Positions 28,831-40,989 of a stretch of DNA of 64,000 nt are shown here, piece after piece. Made by a program: the position numbers and the translations under genes. The notes beneath the pieces were generated by a model. That model was not told the DNA's origin. It did not search any database and saw nothing but the letters and a program-made list of their open reading frames with translations. The first letter of the stretch is position 1, and every line of letters begins with the position of its first letter. This DNA is from Trichoplax adhaerens. Its lineage: Eukaryota > Animalia > Placozoa. The stretch spans positions 6,936,299 to 7,000,298 of the forward strand of contig NW_002060943.1 in NCBI RefSeq assembly GCF_000150275.1, given 5' to 3'.

Positions 28831-29310
28831 AAAGGTGAGCAGATCTCAACGCCAAATTTACCGCAATTAGGAATTATGATAGAGTAATAATCATGGTGTT
28901 TAGTCAAAAAATGAGACAAAAAATCTACTACCACATTTATGTATTCGTCGTATCTTGTATGAGAAATAAATTGGATATGGATATATCAGCGTGGAAATAG
29001 ACAAAAGTCCCATAAGAAATTGACAGCTACTATATTAAAGTGACTCTTTTCCTCTTTTCTAATATTCAAAGGCAAGCAGATTTCAATTGCGATTTATCCC
29101 AATTAGAAATTACGAATGAGAAAATAAAAATGTGTCTACTTTCCAGCCGATAAATTGGACAAAAGTCTACTATCGTATCTCTGTCTACGTGCGGTACTCT
29201 TATATATTGAATAATAAATAGATGGGATATGGATTTATCGGGTGGAAACAGAGATATAAGTCACATAAGCCACAGATAGAGAACCAATAGAAATTGCAAC
29301 TACACAAATA
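28831..29310. repeat. Diverged tandem duplication, unit about 240 bp
   Basis: Shared anchors in the same order: AAAGG..AGCAGAT.TCAA (28831, 29068), CAATTAG.AATTA, GACAAAA..TCTACTA, GGATATGGAT.TATC..GTGGAAA.AGA...AAGTC.CATAAG. Confidence 0.65.
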
Positions 29311-29509
29311 TAGCGCTTTATTAGAGGATAAGATTAGGCATGGTAGCTTGTAACTTATTATAGTTGAGATGAAATATAAATTGGAGGAAAGAGTCACCTT
29401 AACTTACGGCTCCTGTCAGCATAAGCTGTAAATGCCAATTCGAGGATGGCCTGTTAAATTCTTAAACGACAGCGTTAATATTAATTCATTCCCTTACCTA
29501 TCGGTACTA

Positions 29510-30130
29510 TATGGATATTCTTCCAGTAGAGATGAATGTTCAAAGATATCCAACGAAAATAAGCAAACTGCCACTTTTAAAAGCCTGCCATGAGCTGGCT
29601 GCAAGTGGATTTTATTAGAAAAGAGATCATAATCTAAATTCTAGGCCTCTGATTAGCCCAATCTAGAGATATCAGTTTACAGGAGCCGAACTAAAAGTCT
29701 TCAACTGCACTTCTAAAATAGTTCTATCTGGAGGTTATTCAAGTAGGGATCGCAGTGTCAAATCTTAGGTATCCAATTTTCTCCCTTTCCAAAAATATCC
29801 AACAGGTCTTAATTATAAATTACACGTCGATTGCAGATTTTTCTTGAAAGAGATCATAACTTTAATCCGAAGTGACCCCTTCAGCCCCAGCCTCAAGCAT
29901 CAAATATGAGGGTAGCGGATTGAAAATTCTCAATATTTACCCATGATTAATAGGACGATAGATCCGCTTCCAAATCAACTCTTTCTAGACTTTATTCAGG
30001 TAGAGATATTGGCATCGAATCAACTGTGCCCAACCCCAACAATCTCAAGCGATCGCCTTGAGAATATGCCATGAATACCGTCAATTTCAAGTAGGTTTTT
30101 AGAAGAGAAATTATGAATTAAATTGAAAGA
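29510..30130. repeat. Highly diverged tandem repeat, unit about 220-260 bp, 2-3 copies
   Basis: Recurrent anchors AAAGAGATCATAA (about 29620 and 29848, weak copy about 30101), AGCCCCA, and TTATTCA[A/G]GTAG[G/A]GAT (about 29735 and 29992, weak copy about 29517). Confidence 0.5.
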
Positions 30131-32034
30131 TTACCTGTTAACTGATTAAGCTACCGCCATCATAACGATATTCTGTATAGGTAACTTTAGTTGTAGTAAG
30201 CTAATGTACAAGCAGGATCGAACTCGCGACATTATTTGAAACTCACATAGCCTAAAATATTTCTAAAGAGTCATAGCTATATTCGAGTATAATTATTATC
30301 ACTAGGCTAAAAGTACGCGGACAATTATTCAACTGAAGATGCCAATTTTATTTTGAAGGTATGTAGTGGAAAACAACTCCAACTAAGTCGTACACATGTC
30401 GTCAAGTTTTACTGCACATTTTCAGCAGCCAAAACAGCATAAGGATGCTATAAGACTTTTTCTTACCACTAGAAGAAGCTTTAGCTTACCTTGTAATGCA
30501 ACGTAGAATCTTTCGAACTTGTTGTTAACCAATAAAACTTACAAGATTAACCGTAATCTATCGCAATATATGAATTTAAGCAAGATGAAATTTTAATAAT
30601 TTCATACTGTCAGAATTTGATAACTGCAAGGTGATAAATACTTTCAACAATTCGATAAAATTCGTATAAGCGTTTCTTCAGCGTTAATATTTCACTATTT
30701 TACATATCTTATACAGGCGAGATTTATCACACATAGTTTCCATAGCGTCGTAAACAACTTCTTGTTGTGTCTTTCAATAAAATTCATTAAACATTGTCAT
30801 GAAAGGAATCGAAAGGGAAAAGCTCCTAATTAATCTATGATAACTTTGTTGCTTTCTTGATCGATCGCATACAAATATAGTGCTATGAACTTTCGATAGT
30901 GCTTATGCAAAGTGAATACAAGTGCATTCATTCAATTATTTCGAAATCCAGAGCAGACAAGTATTTTATCGTACCGTATACTTGAATACAAATCCAGCTA
31001 ATAGGGCTGTTATTTCCAATACCACCGAAATTAATTTAAACCGCCGTTAAAATTCTCTCGTTTCATCCTTATTTGCATGTGTACACTTCGTATACTGTAG
31101 ACCAAATTTATTCCATAGACAAACAAGATGGTAGGATATTACTATATTCGTCCATCCTGAAATTATTGACTTTATGGCAACGTCAATTTTCAACATGCTA
31201 ACATCTCTCAAAATGGTCATGGTCAATTCTAATCTTTTTGTCTGTTTTTATTATAGATACTATAAATGTATTATTAATCAGTTAATCTCGATATAACTCT
31301 AATCATTTCCATAATAAAAATATCAACTCCACATGTAAGTAGAGCGATAACGAATTTCATTTCTTTTCTAGCCTTCCTTAGCATTTCGGTATGCTTACAT
31401 TTGCAAAGATTTTACCATATTTTGCATTTAACTTCCATACTACTCTTCTGATTCTTACCATGATAACTTCGACTACTATAAGCTAGCACAACCAAAAATT
31501 CACTGATCGTCATCTTCTTACTCATACTTCCCCACTTCTTCGTCTATAAATTGATCTACAGTATTCTAACTCATTATCTATCTTTATGATTTCCGTAATA
31601 ATAAAATCAAATCAACTTTCTTATAGAACTAAGTAACACCAACCAGTGACTCCTACTTTTAATCAATTCTGCCTACGGTATACGTTAATATTTTAGAATC
31701 TATCGAACGGCTAAATTTTCATGGATACGATTCAAAATATAAGTAAAAATAAAAATGGTTGCAGTTAGCTCTAGCCTATGTTGTTTCTACTTTAGTTTAG
31801 CTATTAAGTTTTCGTACAATCCTTCGCAATGATTTCTTATATTTTTATTTGCACGCCAGTTACAATTTTTACGGAGTCCGAGTCCGCAACATTTATACCT
31901 GGAATATAATAACATAGGTTTTTCTTGATATCTCACACTTATGCATATGAACGACACAGTAATGGTGCGTTCACATGGGGGGGGGGGGGCGAAAACCTAG
32001 CTTTGAATCAAGAACTAGACCTATTTGGTCAAAT

Positions 32035-32119
32035 CCTTTCCAAAACTCGCCGCTGGTTGCCCAAAATATAAAATTTTATATTATGGGCGTCGGGCGACCA
32101 GCGTCGTGTATTTGAAAGG
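32035..32119. repeat. About 85 nt imperfect inverted repeat (hairpin or MITE-like) downstream of Dicer
   Basis: CCTTTCCAAAACTCGCCGCTGGTTGCCC pairs with GGGCGACCAGCGTCGTGTATTTGAAAGG (23 of 28 complementary) around a perfect central palindrome AATATAAAATTTTATATT. Confidence 0.75.
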
Positions 32120-33214
32120 GCTTACTCGAAAAGTAAAGCCTTCTAAATTTGGATGCGTGATTGTACCGTAGCTTACACACGCTAACGCTAACGAAAAAAG
32201 TCTCTTATTGACTTAAAGAGACGAGATTAGTTATATCACCAAATAGATCAGTTCCAACGACCGATTACCATAGCATAGTTATAGCGTCACTGATAGTGTA
32301 GACGAGGTAGTCAGAGAATTATTACTATTACTGAAGAAATCTTGACAACCAAGATTATAGTCTTGACAATTCAATAGTAATTGATAAACTAGTTGACTAA
32401 CCGACTAAGTAACTAAAAAGTGATTTTCAGGCACCAGCCTTTTATAATCTCGTCAGAAGTTCCTGGTGTATACAAAGTAAAACTATCCTTCTAAAGTTTT
32501 ATGAATTATTATAAATATTACCAATACAGACTATATAGCTGTGCATTATCATATTAATCAAAGACTAAACAGATTATATGAAGAAATGATAATTAATAAA
32601 ACGTCAATTCACACAAACAATTTTTAATATTACTCATAATTACAACGAGCTTACGCATCGTACAATCTGTTAGTAAGAGCCCCCAAAAATAATAAATTCG
32701 TATATAAAATATAATTTCGCGCGAAATATACAGCGGTCAAGATAAATAAAGGACATAATCAAGATTTTCAAGATTACAGGTAAGTTAGTTCGATTTACAG
32801 CTCCTCTGCAAGCAATCCAACCAAATAATTATAAACAAAAATAGCAATTTTTGTATTTCCATAACATCTATCATCGTACGAAATCTAAATTACCATGAAC
32901 TCTTTTCTATCAATCGTGAGAGTATTAAAAATATCTTCATTCCTTTTAAAATGAATAAGATGAATGATCTAATTTGTGTTATATTCGCATTATATTCGTG
33001 GCTCACCAACATCTTTGGAGTTAACACGAAATACAGCAAATTGTGTAACATATCTCGCCATTTCTAAACCTTGCTGTACACAGGATGATCGTATCCATTT
33101 CGTCCCAACTACCTTGATACAGTACAGTGCAGTGACAAGACCATAAGCCAATATTCAATTTAAAATTATTTATTCATATAAGGCAAGGATTCATATCAAA
33201 CATTAAGATATTAC

Positions 33215-36200
33215 TTATTGGCCACGATTGCCTAGATCGGCTGGAGCAGTTTCCGAAACTATGTTCTTAGCTTGCTTAAAATTTGTTGCTTTTGCCTCAT
33301 ATTCTTTGCCATTGGCTAAACTTGATGATATTGTGTGACTTAGTCCATCAATTCCTTTTTTTCTATATATAATGGTATACAGTATTATTTAAGCGAACAG
33401 ACATTATGAACGGTGCTCAAAAGTCCATTAAAACTATTCTTATCCTTTTCTTAAATAGGAAATTATGCTTCAATATTCTACTTACACGAAAGAAACACCT
33501 TCAGGAACTTTCTCGTACAGTTGCCGAATGGGCGATATCGGAATATCACGTAAAACTAAGCCTGATACCAAAACACAAAGTAATAGTTATATCATTGTCA
33601 GGAATTGGATGTACTGGTAAAACTATACAAAAAACTTTGTATAATTTGATAAAGCCACTCACTGCTATTTAACTTACTAATTCGCGGCTGAAGGAGTGGC
33701 ATCAATGCTTTGGTAACTTCTGCGATTGATTCTCCAGTATCGATATAAATAGCTCCAATAAGAGCTTCAACAACGTCTGATACAGGTTTTGGAATTTTAA
33801 CCTCTTCCGTAAAGTTTTCGAAAAGTGCTTCGGTCCGATCATTATAATTCATTTCATCGTCTATCATATAATCCTACATCATAAAAGTAAATCAGTTTTA
33901 TTGCGCATGACATAGGTGTAGTTTATAATTAATTGATAATCAATCATCACCCAATAAAGTATCTTACGCAAGTAATAATCTTAGCAAATTGGTCAATATC
34001 CCTGAATAAGTCTGGAGATTCTTGAAATACATATTTAGAAACGCCGATAGCTATACCAATGACCGCTAGACATTTATTATTTACAATAGCTTCTTGGAAG
34101 TCATGTAGCTTAGCTGGCTTTGCATCCGGATGGCTATTGAAAAAATGTCTCGCTATAATATATTGCAGAATTGTGTCACCTAGAAATTCTAGCTTTTGAT
34201 TGGATTCTATAGCAATATCATGATGATGATAGCTTGAATGAGTTAAAGCCCGAATCATAAAAAGCTTATTTTGAAACGAATACCCGATCACTTTTTCCAG
34301 TCGCTCTAGATTATTCGTTTCGTATATTTTATTAATTTCATTACTGGATATATTATCATCATCTGGCAACAGCGATGCTGCACTTGCATTTATTGTAAAT
34401 TTAATATCTTTATCAAGCCAAGAGATAAAATATTTTGCATGTCTTTCATCAAACTCAAGTAAGATGGCCGCCAGGATTGCTTTCATAACATCAGCAATGG
34501 ATTTACTACTAAATTTCTGATGTGTCACAGCTTTATCACCATCTAAGTCTGAAGTAACTTTTTCATCTAGATTTTTAACCTTACTTGAAAGTAATTTATA
34601 TCCAGGGGGTATCCACCCTTCATTCTTTAATAGATTAAATGGCTTTCCTATAATATACTCACAAATAGGGGTTGATTTACCAAGCTTTAATAAATTATCA
34701 TTGCGAACAATTTTTGTAAGCTCATTTGTAAGTTGTCCCTCATGATACTTTGGGTGACTTATGAACAAATTTGCTGCAATAATAAATTTCAGAAATGAAT
34801 CGCCCAGAAATTCTAATCTCTCTAAACTGATATCATCTTCAGCCTCAGCCAATGTTAGCGCTTCCAGTAACTTCAGTGTAAAAGTTTGATTTTTACTTAT
34901 GCTAATACCGTTAATAGGGATAGATCCGAATAACACATCTTTAAGTTCATGAGCCAATAACAATGTTTCCATTCGCCATAGAAAACTTGGAATGCATGTT
35001 ATAACCTTCCAAACAGATGCTGATAGGAAATATCTTTTACACAATTCCGGAATTAATTCTGTTATTTTACTAGAAGTTTCTGATTGCTTATCTGTAATTG
35101 GAATGTTACTCGTTGAGGTTAACTGAATCTCATCATCAGATATGTAACTTTCGTTACTGATATCGACTGATTTAGCATCTGTATTAGAACGTAGCATATT
35201 ACGTCTTTTCGAAATTTTTTTAACAAGCAACAAAGGTTGCTTTGGATCTTTAATTGTAATATGATACCTCTCCTTGTAATATGTCATGAAATTCTTATCG
35301 CAGTCGTCATCGCCTTGCATGTTATCCTCTGGTGAGCGATGTCTACAAATTTCTCTGATTTCATACATACCTGGATAGTCGCCATAATTTTGAACAACTA
35401 GGGCATCATTAAGCATATCTAATTTGGTACAATCAATTTCGACATAATGTTGTCGATATTTGATAATTTCGTCGATGTATTTGTAATCGATATCCGCATC
35501 ACTAAATTGAAGAACAGAAAAATTAATTAATTTAAAACAATTATTGGAAGACAACTAATATCCATATAAGAACGTGATCGAAACTATCAACTAATGATTC
35601 TGGTAATAGTTTACATACAAGTCATTTCCTGTTGTAGAATTCACAATAATTGGGATTAACATATAACCAGAAATACTAAAACGAGCATTGTATCTCAGGT
35701 CATCTCTGTTGATTTGAAAGGCAAACGTGCATATTTTCTTATTAAAAAAGTGAATCTGTAATAATTGTTCTGAAGTTACCATCTTTCTCCGACAACTTAA
35801 TTTTATGGAAGCTTCTATCGCACCGTAGGAGGTATACAAATTAAAACAGGGTAACTAGAGAAATAACAGCATGATTTTATTAAGTCTTCAACAAAAAAAG
35901 CATATTACAGATATTGTCGCTAACACCAAATATAATTTAACAGAATTTTGACTGTCATTGCGAGTAATACGATATCTATGTTGCCACTATATCACTGTAT
36001 TTCTATAAATCATGCTAACTTCCGGCAGCTTGTGCGATAGTATTATACCAAAATTGACTTTATCAAAGATATTCACGGCTTTGTATGGTGGTAACGCCTT
36101 CATAACCAGCGCATAGAGATAAAGATCTTGTTTCTCCTTTGGATGGCAATCATTCAGTACTGCTGGAATCTATAATTTACGTATGCATATAATTAACAGA

Positions 36201-39200
36201 TACTATCGAAAAAAATATAAAGAATAATTTCCTACATATCAGATGACTTTATCCTACCTTTTGAGGACATGAAACTTCTTTTTTGCCTATAGCATCTTCT
36301 ACCGTTGCCTTGTTGTCAATACTATTGTCACTATCATCGTCGAAAGATACATTTTTCGAGAATGATTCAGATTGTAGGTACTTGACAGGTACTAAATTAT
36401 CATCTAACTGTCCTATTTCATGTAACTCCTGGCATACTAGCAGCGCAGTAGAAGCCTTTGCGCGCTTCTCAGTTATCGCTAAAGGGCCCTATGAATTTCA
36501 AACATAGATTATTAGCCATAAAAATAATCTGGATTGGAAACTCGTACAGCTTCTTTTAATCCAAAAATTTTCAACATTTGATATTACTTGAATGAACCAA
36601 GTTATTCAATAAACGATAAAATGATGAAGCAAATAACATTGATTCTTATATCTAGCTTTACCGATCCCAGTTGTAGTGGATTTTACTTACAGTAATGGAG
36701 TCAGGCAGAGGAGAAGAAGATGGTAACTGTATGGTTGCTTTTATCTTTCCTGGCATCATGAACGACTTATTCAAGGTAATGACCGGCTCCGGTACGCTAT
36801 ATTCGTCTTGAGGTAGCGTACTACAGTACCTGTACATGTACCGGTAATACAAATCATTTACAGTTCTAGTCTCAGATTAGCTTTTATTCTACATACTTGT
36901 ATCAATTAACTCTTATGAATAAATCATAATCAAAGGAAATCTGAAATCAAAGAATAATATTTTCATACCAATGTAGCAACTTAACACTATTTGACATTGT
37001 GACTTTAGCACCGGTAGATTCAACTTCATATGGGGGCACTAAATTTAAACTATCATCAGCTAAATAATCTTCTTCAGTACCAACAGCTCTGCATTGGCAT
37101 TGGTCTTGCAAGTACCTCTCGAGATACGACCACGTTGAAAATTGATCCCGTGCGTCAGCTATTTTATCTTTTTCCACCAGTATTATATAATGAGCATGTT
37201 GAGCTCGAGCTCTACCTTTGGCTTGTAGATATGAGCCAAAAGTTTTAATTTCATCAAATCGAACGACTAAATTGCATTTAGGAACATCTATTCCTTCCTC
37301 TAGCACATTGGTCGCTACCAATATATTTACATCTTGCCGACGAAATTTATTAATGGCACGAGTTTGTTGATTATGGGACATATTAGTAGCTACCAGACTA
37401 GAAGATACTCGAGTACCATGGCCAACCACAAAATCGCTTTTTATACAGGAAAATGCGTTATCATGCTCAGCCACCTTGTCTAGTATAGAACTTAAAGCAT
37501 AAGCAACACAGCGCTTTTCAGTAAAGATAATCGCACAAAAATTTCTGCTATCTCCCAAATTTGATAGAAGTTTATGAAGTTCATTAAAGAGTGTAAATAA
37601 CTTTGGTTGTTGATAGACAGACTCCCAATGATCCAGTCCAGCCTGTTGTAACTCTTTCTGTATAAGGTATAACTTCTTTAGGAACAATGAATATAGCTTC
37701 CATTTGGAAGGATCATTAATGACTTTTACAAGCTCATTTATGACCGAGTTGATGATAAGATATAATCCGTACCCTCCGAGCCCTTCATACGTTGCTTTAA
37801 AATCTTTGACGTATCCTTCTAAAACTTTCTTACTTGACGTATCATTCATATTGTAATCCACAATTCGTTTATTTTGGCTAGGCAAACTACTTATCCAGTC
37901 CTCGATATTACGTATCGACGATATAACCTCACTTAATTTATGGCGATGGTTATCTAATAAGTTGATTGCGTAAGGAATTAACATTTCTTCAGCCTTTGTA
38001 CTATGATTTGCCAAGTCTTGTCGGTACGAAGTAGTAACAACTCGACTTAATAATATCGCTTCCAATGACCTAATTTTATTTTCGATTTGACCAATTCTGC
38101 ATTTACCATGAAAGACAGACGCAGTCATACCAAATATTCGGGGCTTGCTTTTTTGCTCCTTGTATACGTAGTCACGCATAATTTGTACATACGTATGATT
38201 TCCAACAGCATGATGGCATTCATCAAATATTAATAAATTAATTTGACTAACTTTGATATAGCCGTGTTGTAAAATTTGTGCTAAGATATCAGCAGTCATA
38301 ACTAAGACCTGCTGAGAGTCTAATTCATAAACCCATTTTGTTTTATTCCACAGGTCAACATCATCTCCTACATAGTCACCAACTTTGAAAGGCGTTTCTT
38401 TACGCAAGACATCGCTTTGTTGCCTGGCTAGTGGAACTAAATAGATCAAGATAAGTACACATGCAAGAATTAATCGTTGTTACTCGAATAATAACTTTGA
38501 CGATTGCAGCTGATGCTGCAGTAAACAGAAATTAAAAATTGAAATTATGAAATACGCATCGTAGCGTTATTATGGATTGACTGCATCTTCAGTTCATATG
38601 CATGCTTGCAATTAAGCCAATAGCTATACTATACACGAAATAAAATTGCAAATAGAGTAGTCGTGAACTGTTGTAGATATATAGTACAGTTGTACGGCGA
38701 CAATACTGTACATTGCAAGCAATCCATGGATATTAATAGATTAAGCATCGAAGTATGGGATACGTATACATTGGATCCTGGTCATGATGGCAACGTTTAG
38801 ATTAACTCTATCTTCCAGTACTATCCGGATACATTTAATTTTGGGTATCAATCACACCAAAGTATCAAAGAATTGTTAGCAACTACTGAATCAGTAGTAC
38901 AGTATCGTATGTTATCCTAGAAGATATTCGATGTCAATAAGTAGCTAATGAACAACACGTGAATCATGATTCCTTCATCTTGTATTTGTAGATTGATGTA
39001 GACGTTGTTTACGATAGTAGTGCTACCAGTAATGTACGTATCATAAGGCAAAATATAGATGCAAAGCTATCATTGGATTAACTTAATACCTGTATTGACC
39101 AAGAAAAAGGTCTTCTTCCCACCCTGATCGAGAGGCTTTGGAAGAATTTCGTGTTGTAACTTTTTAATCAGCATAACAGCAATGAAGGTTTTACCACTGC

Positions 39201-39324
39201 CGGTATTCAAGCAGATGATAGCATTACTTCGTAAAGCAGCTTCTAATAATTCACTTTGATAAGCCCTCGGCTTTAGTAATTCCTCCTTATGGTCATCAAC
39301 ATTATCTTGACTTGTTGCATCCAT
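33215..39324 (-). CDS. DICER1: Dicer (DExD/H helicase - DUF283 - platform/PAZ - RNase IIIa - RNase IIIb - degenerate dsRBD), about 1470 aa, 10 coding exons
   Basis: Exons 39324-39090, 38436-36969, 36829-36691, 36488-36258, 36169-36020, 35854-35619, 35501-33968, 33873-33678, 33561-33486, 33362-33215 sum to 4413 nt in one open frame. Motifs: [47 protein letters not shown] (FMTYYKERY...QPLL...LIPELC), [46 protein letters not shown]. The symbol denotes the family; the paralog is not determined. Confidence 0.96.
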
Positions 39325-39350
39325 GATTCTCCAGCTTGTGTATATATATA

Positions 39351-39500
39351 TATGTTAAAAGTTATTGAAGGTCAATCGATTAGCAAGCACAACACTGTAC
39401 AATACTTGACTATCCTTCTCTCTAATATGTTAAAAGTTATTGAAGGTCAATCGATTGGCAAGCACAACACTGTATAATACTTGACTATCCTTCTCTCTAA
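39351..39500. repeat. Near-perfect 75 bp tandem duplication immediately upstream of the Dicer ATG
   Basis: 39351-39425 and 39426-39500 differ at only 2 positions (ATTAGC/ATTGGC and GTACAA/GTATAA). Confidence 0.95.
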
Positions 39501-39626
39501 TATTACCCTACTGCATAATACTGTATTATCTATCCTATCGTATAAAACTATTATTATTATTGACTCTACTGGATCGATGACATTTTGATCGCATTGGATG
39601 CCAAACTGTGCCCATTAAGAATTTGG

Positions 39627-39943
39627 AGGATGTGATTTCCAATCAATTTAAAAACTGCTGACGTAGACTCTTTTCCGCCCTTGTAGATGTATCATAAAAG
39701 AAGAAGAATGTACAGTAGTTCTCCATGCATATTGCACAGTATGCAGTAGATTAATTCGAGTGTACAATCCACTGCGAGCAGTCGCAGGATGTGATTTCCA
39801 ATCGATTTAAAAACTGCTGACTAGACTATTTTCCGCCCTTGTAGATGTACTGTATAATAAAAGAAGAAGAATGCTCAGTACAGTAGTTCTCCATGCACAT
39901 TGCACAGTAATTCTAGTTCGAAATCAACTGCGAGCAGTCGCAG
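39627..39943. repeat. About 159 bp tandem duplication upstream of Dicer, ending in a strong hairpin
   Basis: Units start at 39627 and 39786 (AGGATGTGATTTCCAATC.ATTTAAAAACTGCTGAC...TTTTCCGCCCTTGTAGATGTA...ACTGCGAGCAGTCGCAG) with small indels. Confidence 0.9.
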
Positions 39944-40976
39944 TTGATTGCGAAAGCATTTTATGATATGCATTCGGAAGCAATGTGTTATAGCGGTAAG
40001 TTTCAGCATTCACTATCTGCTAAGTTGGCAGATATCAAGCTAATTTTCTCTGTTCAGAGTGGAATACTTTTTCCAGTTTACTACAGCAGTACAGCCGATA
40101 AATACAAGTTATCATAGCCATTTCCGGCTCGAGATGCAAGCTTTCAAGATTATTCATAGCCCATGCCTGAAATGATCAACTCATAAACAGGAACAGAAAA
40201 TAAATATCTTGACTAATTTTAATTCATCTGCTCCAAGCTGTACATTTCATGGTGGTACTATTTTGTAGTTATTTTCTCCAATACTATTTTGGTAGTCATT
40301 TTCAGTCAATTTTGAGCAACTTTTTGACTACTGTCAATGCCCCCAATTTGGATAGCTACAATCGACTGCCGTCACCCATAACTATACTACTGGCGGTTTC
40401 TTGTAGTAGTCCATGTCACAAGTGATCTAGTCGATATTAGTTCGATATAAGGTTGAGCAAGTCCTCTAGTCATGGATTGTAGAAGCGATCCGTTCAAAGA
40501 AGCTGAAAATAAAGCGCTTCTCCAATCCAGGGCTCCAAACATTAATATTGTATAGAAAGTACTGTCTAATAAGCACAACATTAGTCATTTTAAAGACGAT
40601 ACAGCTAAAATTGTAATTAAGGCAACAGGTACTGTCCAACGCCTTGAGATATGGTATCCGTTGCTCTAGCTCATATCTCAAGCCGTCAATTCGGCCAGTG
40701 AACCAAGGACTACTAAAAGGGAAAGACAGAAACAGCCAACGATCTTTTAATAGCATCTGACTTGGGTTATAAGAGAAAATTGTGAGCTCAAGGGCAGGAG
40801 GAGAACATTTGAAACGAAGAAAATTCCGTCAAATGCAACTTTCTGCAAGTTCTTTACTAAAAGTAGTCCGTCAGTACAGTTTCTGTAGTCCATGCTGAAA
40901 GAGGTGATGCAACCGTTTTCCGTCCGGCTGACAATCATCTGCGCAGGTGCTAACTTTTCATATTTGCGGTATGCCC

Positions 40977-40989
40977 GTTTCCATGCAAC
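40977..40989 (+). promoter_or_regulatory. Possible RFX X-box in the putative LOXHD1 promoter
   Basis: GTTTCCATGCAAC resembles GTTNCCATGGNAAC with one base missing. A candidate 5'UTR intron follows (GT at 41033 to AG at 41560-41561), ending 30 nt before the ATG. Confidence 0.35.

Noticed and set aside
39289-39477. 62-aa ORF with an internal repeat ([15 protein letters not shown] twice)
   Set aside because: A by-product of the 75-bp tandem duplication; it overlaps the Dicer start on the opposite strand.
39351-39943. Direct repeats as a CRISPR-like array
   Set aside because: These are head-to-tail duplications without unique spacers, in a eukaryotic intron-containing context with no cas genes.
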